A stretch of DNA of 64,000 nucleotides from Phallusia mammillata (taxonomy: Eukaryota): NCBI GenBank assembly GCA_965637545.1, contig OZ281495.1:5642001-5706000 (forward strand), read 5' to 3'. Position numbers and translations under genes: made by a program. Positions 9,349 to 22,400 of this stretch are shown here, piece after piece. Within the stretch, counting starts at the first letter, position 1, and every line of letters starts with the position of its first letter. The notes under the pieces were generated by a model. That model was given only the letters and a program-made list of their open reading frames with translations, had not been told where the DNA came from and ran no database searches.

Positions 9349-10570
9349 ACAATCACAATGACTCCGTGCCGATTGGTTTATGGTTGGATACACAGTTACT
9401 ATGAATTCGAAGTTGCTTTGCATGTATATTTACGAAACGTTTGGAATTGACGTTATATATGTATGTGTTCAGTTTAAAACCTGAAAATAGAAAATGAAAA
9501 AAAATAATACAAAGGCAATATGTGTATCAAAAAAGATTTTTTTAAATCTTTGGTCAAGTTTTCTGTCCTATGATCTTCTGGTATAACTACGTGTTCTGAC
9601 CAAGGTTTTAAAGTTCTTTCCCATCTAAAAATACATGAATATTGTGATTGTGATGCACTCAAGAAGAGTGGAGTTTTACTTACAATTCTATCAGCACATG
9701 CAAAAAGAATCCAAGCACTTGCCAAATTTCGATAAACATTTCATTTAAAACGGAAGAGTACTACTAATAAATAAAACGCATGCATTTAAAAAGAACAATT
9801 GATTCTTTACTGTTTTATAAAAGGCAGTTCGCACGAACTTATAAGTGCTGCCAATGCGCTGCAGTTACACCGTTACTACAAGCGAGTTGTCACCAATAAA
9901 AATATTATGATTTCACTCATTAAAAGAACAAGCAGTTTTACTGCAACTTTTTCGAAAAATACCATAATACTACAAACAAATCTAGCAAGTTACTGTGCTA
10001 ATATTGCTATGGCTAACGTTTCTGGTGTTTTTTTTTATATCAAGTCGAAAATAGGTGGTACTAAATACCGCATGTTATTCCGCCTAAAATATTACATGGT
10101 ATGTAAGAATACAAGCCCCAACAAGGGTAAATTAGATCAGTATTTAGGGTCACATGAGGTATCATTAGGTATTTAGTACCACCGGTCGCAAATCATGATG
10201 GCGACATCCAGATGATGGCGATATAGTAAAATAGCGAACGTTTAAAGTTGGGCCCCAATCTAAACTGATAACATTTCTCAGAAATAAAGACCTTATATTT
10301 TTCACGTCGTTGATACAATTGAGGACGTATTTAGCAAATAATGATGTTTTGTCAACTCTGATCATAGGACTCTAAAGTCTGAATGTAGTTTTTAAAATAC
10401 AAGGTTCCACAGTATTGGGTTAGGAATAGAATTAGTTAAAATAATTATTCAATTAAAAACCTAATCTAACCTTCCATTGGAAAGAAAAGGGGCGATGTTT
10501 ACTAAATCCATGTTGTTTATCGATCTTACATAAATTGAATGCATTTCCACAAGTCGTTCAAAAACGAAGT

Positions 10571-10788
10571 TAGTCCCAACACACATCCAAAACCCCAAAC
10601 CCCAAACCCCAAACCCCAAACCCCAAACCCCAAACCCCAAACCCACACCCTAACCCTTGGGGTTTGGGGTTTGGGGTTTTGGATGTGTGTTGGGAGTTTG
10701 GGGTTTGGGGTTTGGGGTTTGGGGTTTGGGGTTTGGGGTTTGGGGTTTGGGGTTTGGGGTTTGGGGTTTTGGATGTGTGTTGGGACTA
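10571..10788. repeat. Fold-back element built of (CCCCAAA)n / (TTTGGGG)n telomere-like repeats
   Basis: TAGTCCCAACACACATCCAAAA-(CCCCAAA)n ... (TTTGGGG)n-TTTTGGATGTGTGTTGGGACTA; the right arm is internally duplicated; CCCTAACCCT lies at the centre. Confidence 0.85.
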
Positions 10789-13700
10789 CCGAAACACTTT
10801 TCCAGCATTATTTGCGTGTTTTAACGTTAACTGCGGTATTTACAGTTTGTCGCATAAAAACAGCACAGCTGCAGTATTTTCGAGTTACGTCGTACCTATT
10901 ATGAGTTTAATCGCCCTAAAGAGAGTTACCTGCACTATTTTTAAGTTGCGTTGCACGAAAAAAGGTTACCAAGCGAGGTACCAAGCGCACCTAGCGCACC
11001 TGTAGTATTCGAAGGCACCCGTTTTTTATTACTTTGCCAAGTAAAAAATAAAAATAAATCATAGATGGGAAATCCCCTTACTGTATCCGACGGTGATTTC
11101 CCGAAACAGAACTTTTTTATATGTATTTGATTGATGCATTTACCGCATTCAAACAAAAATTTAATGCAAAAATATTTTTACTAATAACCAGAAAATTGTA
11201 ATTGGCTTTTGACGATCTAAGTTTGTATTAAAAAGTTAAATTTTTTTTACATCGTTAAATTAATAATACGGTTGTGCGCATGCGCTACATTATAGCAGAA
11301 GGCATGAATAAAACTTAAAGGTAAGTGTGATTTTTAAGTTAAAATAAAGATCTAAAATTTAGTACTAATACCAATACTTTGATTTAGTTATTTTACCAAC
11401 ATTTTGCCTTAGTTAAGAAATATGTTTGGTAAAATAAACAGTTTACAATCTGAGCGAAACGAAATTTTGTTTCAATTTTGCGAACATTTTTTTAAAAATG
11501 TTTAATATCGATCGTTTGGAATTTGTAGCGCTGCATCTTTTTCACTGTGGGTGTATTAGGTTGTATTTGCCCTATTTCGCCTAAACAAGCTTATTTCTGT
11601 CTACAAGGTTGTTTGTCATCCAACCACGTTTATGTATAGTTCTCTGTATTTTGCGTGTTTTAATTGCTCTCTAGTTTTGTCTGAAATTTGTGTGATGCTT
11701 TGCTAGTATGAATAATGTAAATGTAAAGACAGACAGACAGAATTAAATTAATGAAGGCAAAACTTTGTGGTAATGAAGACAAAAAATGCTTTAGTTTTTT
11801 TTACATATTTATACATATAATAGAAAAATTATTTTTGTCATAGTGTGTGTTCACTACAGTCGGTTTAAATAATTTTTCTATCTCATTGAATTTGGGCTAA
11901 AAATATCGGTTTAACGATAATATATTTTGGGTATTGTACCTTGTTTAATGATTGACAACAAAAAAACGTAAGAGCTTCCATAAAGCCTTTTTCACTCACT
12001 AGAACTATAACAGTTTAAAAAGCAGTCCTTAAAATGACTAGCATTCTTACGAGAGTGCCATAGTGGCAGCGCGCGGGTTCTAGCTGTCGTTCAGGAAATG
12101 TCTACAGTTGAGCTAAAGGTTTTTTATCTAAAAAATATGACAATAAGTTTCATCATTTATAAACAGATAAAAATTTAGTTTAAAATTTTCGGGCTGTTTA
12201 GGACGAACTTGTGTCGACATTTTTGTTGAGACAGAATGCCTTGTTGCACAGAAATTAGCGTTCCGTTCATGTTAAAATAAAACTGCTTAAATCATTATAA
12301 GCTGTCGTATACATTGCAATATCATGTGGATTTTGGTGGTCATTAGATCATTATTAATAATAAAAAAAATTAGACATGTATACTTTGTCTAATTGCATTG
12401 ATTGACAAAATTCTTTTCATGACTGAAACTTGTATTTCTAACTAGCGAAAAACATAAAAAAGCAATAGATTAGATTTTTATTTGTTTAAAGATTCTGTTT
12501 TAATAGACATTTACTACCAAACTTAAAAATTCTCAAATGTGAGTTTTGCAAATTTCGTGTCAGAATGTTTTATTTTTAATATCGTGTTTGCTTTTCAAGG
12601 TCCTCTGGTAGAAACAACCACGGTTAAACTATTTTCCAAGCCCTTGTCTAATGTTCCTATATTTATTGTATCGGTCTATAGTGTTGGTACTATACCATAT
12701 TTTGCATTTTCAGGAAATCAAAAGAGAGCACCAGAAAACATGAAAAAAATATAGGTGCAAATTTTCTGGTGGTGATCACGGCAATTGTTATACATACTAC
12801 GAAACTTCATACATTTATTCGTCATATCTTGTAAAGTTGGAAAGAGTATTATCGATGTCAGTGACATTTCAGGTATAATTTGAATTGATATTAGTTATAA
12901 AAGCACTTGCTTTATTGTTTCTCTACGCCTTAGTGTTTTTAAGAAATGAATAATTAATTTTACCTATATTTTACTCCTTATGTTTTCTGTGACATTTTTA
13001 AGTCGAGGCAAAATATAACAAAATGTTATGCCTAAACGGTTTATAAAACTAAATCACATCGTTTTTAGTGCATTGTGGGTAACCTATTCGCCACATAGTT
13101 AATGTACATATCCGTATACATTGCTCCTAACGATGTTGGTCCGTGGTATTAGGAAAATAGTGTTTAAACTCTTCTTTATGATATATTGTGATCTTGTGTA
13201 GGAAAAAAAACGACCAAGAACCTTTATTGTTTAAAAAGATTATATTAGAAAGGGAGTACTTGATAAGAGATAAGAGCAGGTTATTTTTCTGACAAATTTA
13301 AAACGTTAAACCTAGCCAAGATATTGGAATAATGAACTATATAATTCTCCACATACCTTTTTTCGCACAAGTTTCAATTTACTTGTTGAGACTGCATTTT
13401 AAGTTTAGATAAAAATTATGTTTAGTTCTAAACAAATATTAAACAGTGAATTCATTTAAGGATAATATGAATATTCCTGGCTTTTATTTGTTTTAAACCA
13501 GATTGAGCAATCCGACAAATAACGACCAACAAATAGCGTTGTTTTTTATACGAGTTAAATTAACGTTAAAATGATTAAATTGATAAAGCATCTTTAAATA
13601 TTTCTTACAGCTGGAATAAAAGCATCAAAAAACACTTTGAAACTAAACTTTATTATTACAAAAATAAAACTACTGTAAAGTACATGGAAATAAATATCTC

Positions 13701-16479
13701 GACACTAGGTGGAAACATTGAGCGTTTGAATAGATATTTTGACAGGTTTGCTCTTTTTTCTAGTCCTTGTCAACCAGAGGATTAGACGCGCAACAAGCCA
13801 ACCGCGTATGCAAAACCGCTTACTTAAAAGTCACATGTGGGTTTAGCTATTTCAATACAATTAAAATCGAAATTTTTAAAGCCTAAGCATTTTTGTTGCT
13901 ATTTTCCCTTTCTTGTACGAATGGGATCACGAATCTTTTGTTTGGTGCAGTTTATTTCGAAAATTCCTTATGTAGTCTTGCCGGATAAGTTGGCTTATTT
14001 GGAAAATTTACTTTTGCCTGCACTTTAGGCTTTAAAAAAATGGCAAACCCGAATCCAAATCGGTCAGTTGTGTAATGCGTCATCAAAGTATGACTTTTGA
14101 CCGAAAAGCGACATTGCCTGATATATTGTACCTAGTAACATTATGCTGACAACAATCATCGATAAAACATCTGCAATATATTGAATTAACGGTATACGAT
14201 GCAAGCCATGGCAGTTCTTTAATCAATCTCCTAGCATGAGTCAATTTTGTGATGACATGTCCTTGTCATGTACTTAAAGACCAAAACCAAAACGGGGATG
14301 GCGATAACAATTGTTTGGTTTCAATTGATGTGATTCTATTTATGGAAAAGGTTTATTGTAAAAGTTTACTGTAAGTTAAGAGGGCAAACAGTGTTTCGAA
14401 ATTCTGTTTTCAATATGCGCGCTGAACTTTGTCTGCGTTCACACAAAAGCTAGTGCTCTTTGGCGTTACAATGAACTTTAAAAAAACTTTAAGTTATTTG
14501 CATATTCAAATGTTCAACCCCGATGCCCTCTTTAGTTGGATAAGATAAACTATTCTGCACCACAAAAAAAAACGTCTGCGTTATGTGCAAGAAAAACATT
14601 AAACGTTACGTGACTATGTGATTGGACACAATTGATTCTAATAACGTTAAAGAGCTTAATATGTTTTATTATGTGAGTTGGTATGCACCCGACAATCTCC
14701 ATTACAAAACTATCTTACTGTTATATTTTTTCATGACATACCTACAAGGCGTTTAGTGTTTTAGTGTTTAATAAATACCTAGACACAGTGATGGTCTATA
14801 TAACCTTTTCTTAAAATTACATGAGATCAGCGAACCGGTTAGCATTACTGGTTACTGTCAATGGACTTTTTGTAACAGAACCGGCTCAAAAGATGACTTT
14901 TGTGATAGAACCGGCTGACAAAAATTTGAATCCTACCACTGCATATACAGTGCCCCTACGTTGAAACAAAAAATATAAACGGAGCTTCCAACAATAGACA
15001 CCAACTATGAATACAACACGTGGGCCTGTTCTGCAAACTTTGGCTTTCCTGTGCGTTGGATAACACAAACAGTTAATCGAGCTATTTTCGGTGTTTGGGA
15101 AATGACTGGCGGACGCAACCTACACTGTTGGAAGTCCCTAACTCCTAATATAGTTTGCGATGCTGCTTCCAAATTTGTCAGGCTAAAACAGGTATCTGCG
15201 CAACTTCCTTAAAACAGCAGCAACCTACAGCCTGGTGTTTAATGCCAACATAAACCAAACCGGTAAACACGTTGACATTGCTCACTGTTTTAATTTTTGT
15301 TCCCACTTGACATACTATTTCAAAATGCGAAAAATCATTTAGAAACAGGTTACAAACATGTGTAAACAAACCTTTAAAAACAAAACTTATTTAAATGTTT
15401 AATAGACTCTCTGTGTTCATGTGGACTTCTATACTTCTATTACTGCTGATACCCCGTAAACCTCATTGAGTCTTTTGATTCAGGTGAAGGCAACGCATGT
15501 TCTATTTGTGACTTGACAAATTTGTGTATTGTCACTTTTATTTATTTTTGGTGAAAAATCATAGGGCGATGATTCAAAACCACAGTGACATAGACACACT
15601 CTTGACTAATGTAAAAATACACATCTGTAAAGTTCATGCACACAATTTACTCTTTAACGCAATTACTTTAAATATGTAGACAATGAGTACCTTAAAGTAG
15701 ATTTAACTGTAAATTTAAAAGTAAACGTAAGTATATGATTTAAAGCACTTACACATTAGTTTGAACGTTTTCCATTTCCCTTATAATGTTTCGAATTTAT
15801 CGCGATACAATAAACAAACAGTTCATGCGAAACAAAACCCAGAATTTAGTTCAAAGAAAACAACAGAACAAAAAAGCGCAATTAATTACAATTTTCTGTA
15901 AACATGATGGACAACATACCCTATCAAGCATCGCATTTTTCGTTTACGATCATGCGTTGATAAACCACACAACTATCAAGCCGGAAACAGCTGCGCAAAC
16001 CAAACATAACACACTACAGTAAAGTGCAATAATTTCCTTCTACGTGATAGCGATATGCAGACTCTACGTGATACGTGATAGCTTATTATATGATATCTTG
16101 ACTTTTTAGATGAAATGCCAACAACATTTTGCGAAAAAGCACGAAAATTCTCAAAAATATACGAAAATGGGTATCAAATATTGAAACTTATACTAATTCG
16201 TGCATAAAGTTTATGATTATTTTTTCGATACTTTTAGCACAATACGTTGCTGATAAATGGCATTCAAAAATGTTACGTGGAAAGAAAACACATGCAACCG
16301 ATAATTTGACCACTTGTCCTAAACTTAAGCTTAGAAGTTTTATGCTTCATCTCACATATATATAAACATATAAAAGAAACCAAGAAAGTTGCAATAGTTC
16401 AGTTTGCTGAAATAATTTCATAATATCTCAAAAAACTTTGTGTTGAGATTTAGTTTTGCTTGCTCACATAACATTCTTC

Positions 16480-19400
16480 ATTGCTGGTCTTTCTGCTAAA
16501 AATGCAAGTTTTTTGTTACTATTTAGACAGTTGTGTCACAACGTTTTCAAGTGGACCTATACATACTTTTCCATGTAGGTCAACTTCAGCATAAGGATCA
16601 TCATCCGAGCCTGAAAAGATTTACATAATGAATACAAAACATAAATATTAATCATCCAGTTGAAACGATGTATATTGAACAGCAGCAAAGAAAACAACAT
16701 AATGGTTTCACACAATCTGTAGTAACTTCCCCAACAAATCTGTATTAAGACATCAGCTAAAAGGGTAAACACAAGGTCTCACCTGATTCTGAAGGGGGGT
16801 CAGTTGGTGGTTCTTTCTTTTTCTTTTTTGGTTTGTTGACAACTGTATAGGTTTCACCTTTGCTTGATTCGCCCAGATTGTTATCTAGCAACAACATTTT
16901 AACAGTTATTTTTGAGTCTTTGATATGTATTAAGTCATAAAAACCATTGTTAATCAATAGTTACAATCCATTTTAATATTTTTATTGCCCCTTTTCCAAG
17001 TAAAGCTATCAACCAATTATATTGTGCTCACCATTTTTTTTCTTTTTTTTAATAACCTGTGCATAAGCATCATCCACACTCCCACCAGCTTGAGAAGTAG
17101 CATACAGAATATTGTCCTTCATTTCCTTTTCGCCACGATCTATGGATGTTTGCAAGTTTAGCACACAAAAACATTCAACAAACCCAGGTGCCCTACTTGG
17201 CTTTTGTTTCTTTCCCTTGGTTTTCTTTGTCTTATCAACTGCAGCATATGCTTCCTCTGGGGCATCAGGGTTTTCTGGGGTTGGTACATATGCCACATTC
17301 ACTTTTGTTAGTTTTTCTATCAAAATAACATTGAGATTATTTTGAATTACTCTTTCAATTTAATTAGCAAAACCTTTTTTGGGTTTCTTATTTTTATCCA
17401 CTGCAGCATATGCCTCTTCAACTGGTTGAGATGATGGTCCAGCAGGTTCATAAAGTATATTTTTTTTTGTAATTTTTTCACCTTTTACAAAAACGAAATT
17501 AAAATTTTTGACAAAAATTCATGTTCGTCAACCAGCACAACAAATAACAGTACTTTAAGGTTGGAACATGTTAAAAGTTGTTCAAACCTTTGGCAACTGT
17601 AGCATAGGAATCTTCTATTGTGCCTGCTGTTGAGGGAGACACAGTTTCTAGTTTTGATCCTGCTTTCTTAAATTTTTTAGTTTTTTTGTTGACTTTAGCA
17701 TAGGTTTCCTCTTGGTTACCATCATGGACTATACCATACAATGGGTTTTCTCTGTCTTCTTTCACACCTGATATAAACACATTTTTATTTGACTTTGTTT
17801 GTTAGTCTTGTTTGTATTGTAAGGTTTTGTTTTTGGCACTTAGTCTGGCCAGGATAAATGGTAAAAACTTAACTATTACACTTGAAATGAAATAATATTT
17901 TCAGATCAAAAGCACAAAAACTTATTATAAAATTGTTTTTTAAGACATTGCTATTTGAGTATTAGTGTATCATTTATTATTTTTATATTGTACTGATTAT
18001 CAAACAATGTCAGCACAACAAAATAACTAAAACTGTAAAAAAAAAAACATGAACATGAGTTCACTTACACTTATTACTTTTTCTTTTTCGTTGAACAAGA
18101 ACTATTTTAATGCTGCTTGATATGATAACAATACTTCCAGCAATACTCAAGCTGATGTACAATACAACGCTTTGACTTTCCTCAACAAAAATATTGATTG
18201 TCAGGTTCAAGGTACCATTTACTGTTGCAATGTATTTACCCATGTCTTGCATTTCAACCTTGACATAAATTTTATATAGTAATTGCATACAATGTTTCTA
18301 CACATATACTGTTAGAACAACTGTATCTCAAGTTGTAATTCGCTAATAGTTATTTTAATGCTAGAATACCACTTTGTTTGTATAGTTCAAAGAATGTTTT
18401 GTAAGCTTAATTCATGAAAGAGTTTTGCAAGTGTTTTGAAACTAGAAGGGTGGCTTAGCACAATTTGTCGTTGCACATACACTATAACCTATTTTAAAAC
18501 ATTAGTATACTTCCTCTCCTAATTTTATATTAGGTCCCATATTAGCCACCGTCTATTATAACCTTAGTTGTTTCTGCACGCAGAAACTCATGGGTCCCCA
18601 AACAGAAAGTCGGGTGTGGTAAGGTAAAACACAGTGATGGGCACTGGGCTTAAATAATAACACTATGTAGAGGACAAACTGTACAAATCAGATTCACCCC
18701 AGAAATTTTAATTCTAATTCTAAGCTGTCAAATATTTATTCAATTTGAACATTGGTAAAAGAGCCCATTTTAGAGGCCAGTTAGATAAATTATGGGGCTA
18801 CAGGGCGAAACACAACAATTGAGGACCTAAAATAGTATGTTCAATAAACTTTGCAAGTTTATTTAATTCCGCCTTTTCTAAAAAATTCACTTATATTAGG
18901 GGGCTGGTGGGGTAAATGTTTTGAGCTATAGGGTAAAGCACAACAATCAACAGTTATAACTGGCAAATCCTACAAGATATACAGATTTCCTCTATGTTAA
19001 AAGTTGTTTGGAAAATTAACCAATTTTAAGGGGCAAGTGGGGTAAATGTTGGAGCTACAAGGTAAAACATGTCAATCGAAACCTACAATAAGAAAATTCT
19101 ACATGCTTTCCAAATTTTAGTCAATTCCAACACTGTTTATTAAACTCACTCATTTTAGGGTGCCTACTAGTGTAACTTAAGAGGTTTGACACACAAAGTA
19201 AAACATTATAAACCGCAATGACTCAATCAATATTATTGCAAAATTGGAGCTCAATCCGCCAATGTTTAAAATTCCAACCACTAGAGGTGTTTGAGCAACA
19301 AACATTCATGCTTCGGACGTCATAGGGCTGTTAACACCCCTCTAACTACCATGGCATAAAAACATGCACCAAGCAACCCACAAACACGAGAAACACAGGA

Positions 19401-22400
19401 CTGGTTGCCCTTGTAACACTATTGCGCCACAGAATTGTTTCGTTTGTAATGCCTAGTAACAAACAAATACATTTTACACTTTGGGGGCTAGTGGGTGGAT
19501 CCATATTGATTTTCATAAAATTTCTTTTAAAACCTTGGTCCTTTCAAACAAAACAAAAAAATGATTGAATAACTAAAAAAATATTGTAGGCAATGTCCTC
19601 AAAGCACATGTGATTAATAAAGACAATATTCTTACTCACAATGTTTTTTTGAATTTTGAACATCTGTACATCTGATGAAATGGTCATACAACTCATACTG
19701 CTTAAGAAGGAGTTTGAAAAACTGCATTTAGTGGGTGGATTTGATCGATACAGAATGGAGCAATCACCACTCTGACCCACATACCATGTGCAATTTCTTT
19801 CTACACCTTCCACACTTTCTGGTGGGTCTGGAAAACATTTAATAAGTCAAGCACATTAAAAACATCCTTAATCAATTATCACAGGAGGGAGCATATGAAT
19901 GCTGAGTATAAACCTTCCGGTGTTTTTTGCTTGTGGTAATATGTGAAATAAATTAAACATAATCTTAATGGTTCAATTATATTATGTTTTTCACTGTTCT
20001 TTGCAAAACCTCAAACACTGCAATAAAGAGTTACACTGGATTTAGGGTTTAATGGTCATTTAGGTATAACCTGATGGAAACTTATAACTTATTTTAAGCA
20101 ACTGCAAAGAAAGTAACCAGTGTAGTGTAAAAAATGCCCTGAACATATTTGTAGTGTTAAGGTAAAAATCGAACCATCCAAGGCCCTAAAAATTACACCA
20201 GAAAACTGACTTTTGCATCATCTTATAAGGACAGTTTTCAGATCAGTGGTGAAATTTCTCCCCAAAATAATAAATGGTAATCATTAAACCACTAAAAGCG
20301 GCAACGAAACACAGAACATCTTACACAGAACATCCAAGTAAAATAACCTTTGAACATTTCCAAACTTATCAGTTGCATTGCATGTGTAAAAACCAATGTC
20401 CAAACTGGTCACATTAAAAACATTTAGGGTTTGATTATTAAACTTGTATCTTCTACTGCTGCTATTTGTTCTCCAGGAATAACTTGGGATCAAAAGAGAA
20501 TGTGTAGGAAAAGAGCAGTTGACAAACAAACTTTCGCCTTTCTCTTTGATAATGTTTTCATATATCTTGGTATTTCCTATAAGCAATGATTAAGTCATGT
20601 ATATTAGATTCAAAATTGGGTTTTATATCACTTACTATTTTTTGGAATAATAATTAGACTGTATACTGTGCTATTTACTGATCCTTCTCTGTTCCTCGAA
20701 ACACAGTAAAAAGATCCAGTTGAAAGGTTGCTAAATTTTCCCAAACATGTGTTACCATGATTTAGGTTTTGGTTGCTGACATTGTCATAGTTGTTAAACC
20801 AATGACATGTTGGGACTGGATTTCCCTGACTTGAACAGTTAAGATTGAGAATCATATCTGATCTAACTAAACCCCTTTTTTCACTTAAATTGATGAGTCT
20901 TGATGCAACATTTGTTAGATCCAAACTAACATTCTGAGGAGAAACTAACAAAAAACAAATATAATATATACTACAACCTGTGAAAACTTTAAAATACAGC
21001 CTAGGCACTTACACAGCACAGTCAACAATTGAATTTGGGATACTTCTGTACTTGGAAATTTGTTGGTGTATTTGGATATTGGTTGACAGTTTACTGTTGC
21101 GTTGTTAAGATCAGGTTTAAGTGTAATATTAAATTCACTAGTCTGCAATACAAAAAAATGAATACAACATTGTGGAGCAATAATAATTTTTTTCAAGCAA
21201 ATTGGTATACACTTTTGCAGCTTAACCCAAAAGAAATGAAATCCAGTTTTGGAAACTTACTTGATTTTTGTTTATTGTTTCTCCAACTGTAAATGTGTAG
21301 TTAATGACAGGTGGATGCACAAGCATGTCAGCATTGCAACAAATTGTTATTCTATCTCCAGATTTCCCTTCAAATGTTCCAGTAAGATTGAAAACAGGTG
21401 CTACCGATAAAATAGAAGGCATTGTTTAAATCTGTATCAATACTTTGCATTACAAGCACTTAAATGTTAAATGCAAAACTACTGGTTGCTCTATAAAAGT
21501 GTCTTATATATTTCCATTTTTAATGTCTTACATATTTCCATTAAAAGATTGCTTGTGTTATGTTTGTATTGGAACGTACATTTTTCTTTGCTTTTCCTAT
21601 ATAATACAAAATAAAACTAAACGCACCTGACCAACATTCCAAGTTTTGTATTCCTTTCCATTCAGCATTTTGAAGACATCGTGTTTGAAGCTCAACTGGA
21701 CGAGTTGAATTTTTAAAAAATATTTTTTTTCCTGACTCACACTCAAATTTGCCTTGTGCATCATAATCAAATGCCCCATTTACAAAACTATCATCTGAAT
21801 TCACATGTGGTTGGTGTTTACTAACATCAGATTGGCAACCTTTCCAAAAAACAAGTGTTTTCTATTTTCCTTTTTTATTCGTGTTTTATACTTTTTGTAT
21901 AAGGTTTCAACATCACTCAGCTCAGTGATTTTTAGAGTGTGATAGTAACACTATTACCTGTGTGCTAAAGTGGATAGATTTTGTTTCAATTGCAAGTTGC
22001 AATCTTCACAAATAACTTATACATAAGAATATGAATACCTCTGTCCTAACAATGCTTTAACAATGCTTTTATTTCAAGTTTCACAAAGGAGGGTCATTGG
22101 CAGTCTCAGTATGTTTGGTTTTGACATTAGATTAAAAAAAGTTTTGCAGTGTTTGGCAAAATGCAGCTAAACTATGGTAAATTTTTGAATGTTGGAAACA
22201 GTAAATGGAAATGAATTCAAATTGAGTATTAATATGCCTCACAGCAACATGACTGATCTTGGTCCTGACACACTGCATGCGAAAGGTTGCTGACCTGCTT
22301 TTTAATGATATCCAAATGATTTACAAACAACGAAATTAGGCATGACACTTTAAGCAAAATGCACAAGTTTTGAAGTTTTAATCAATATGGCCAGTTCAGA

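Noticed and set aside
10461-11005. ORFs with GLGFGVW / PKPQT repeats
   Set aside because: Translations of the 7-bp T3G4 repeat.
11260-15400. Scattered splice-like signals and a short Cys/Trp-containing frame near 14830-15200
   Set aside because: Could not assemble phase-consistent exons or recognise a domain; frames contain stops.
16557-16772. ORF-track frame ADVLIQICWG... as the receptor's last exon
   Set aside because: It would need a 26-nt intron; the acceptor at 16610 gives GSDDDPYAEV, which matches the repeated tail motif.
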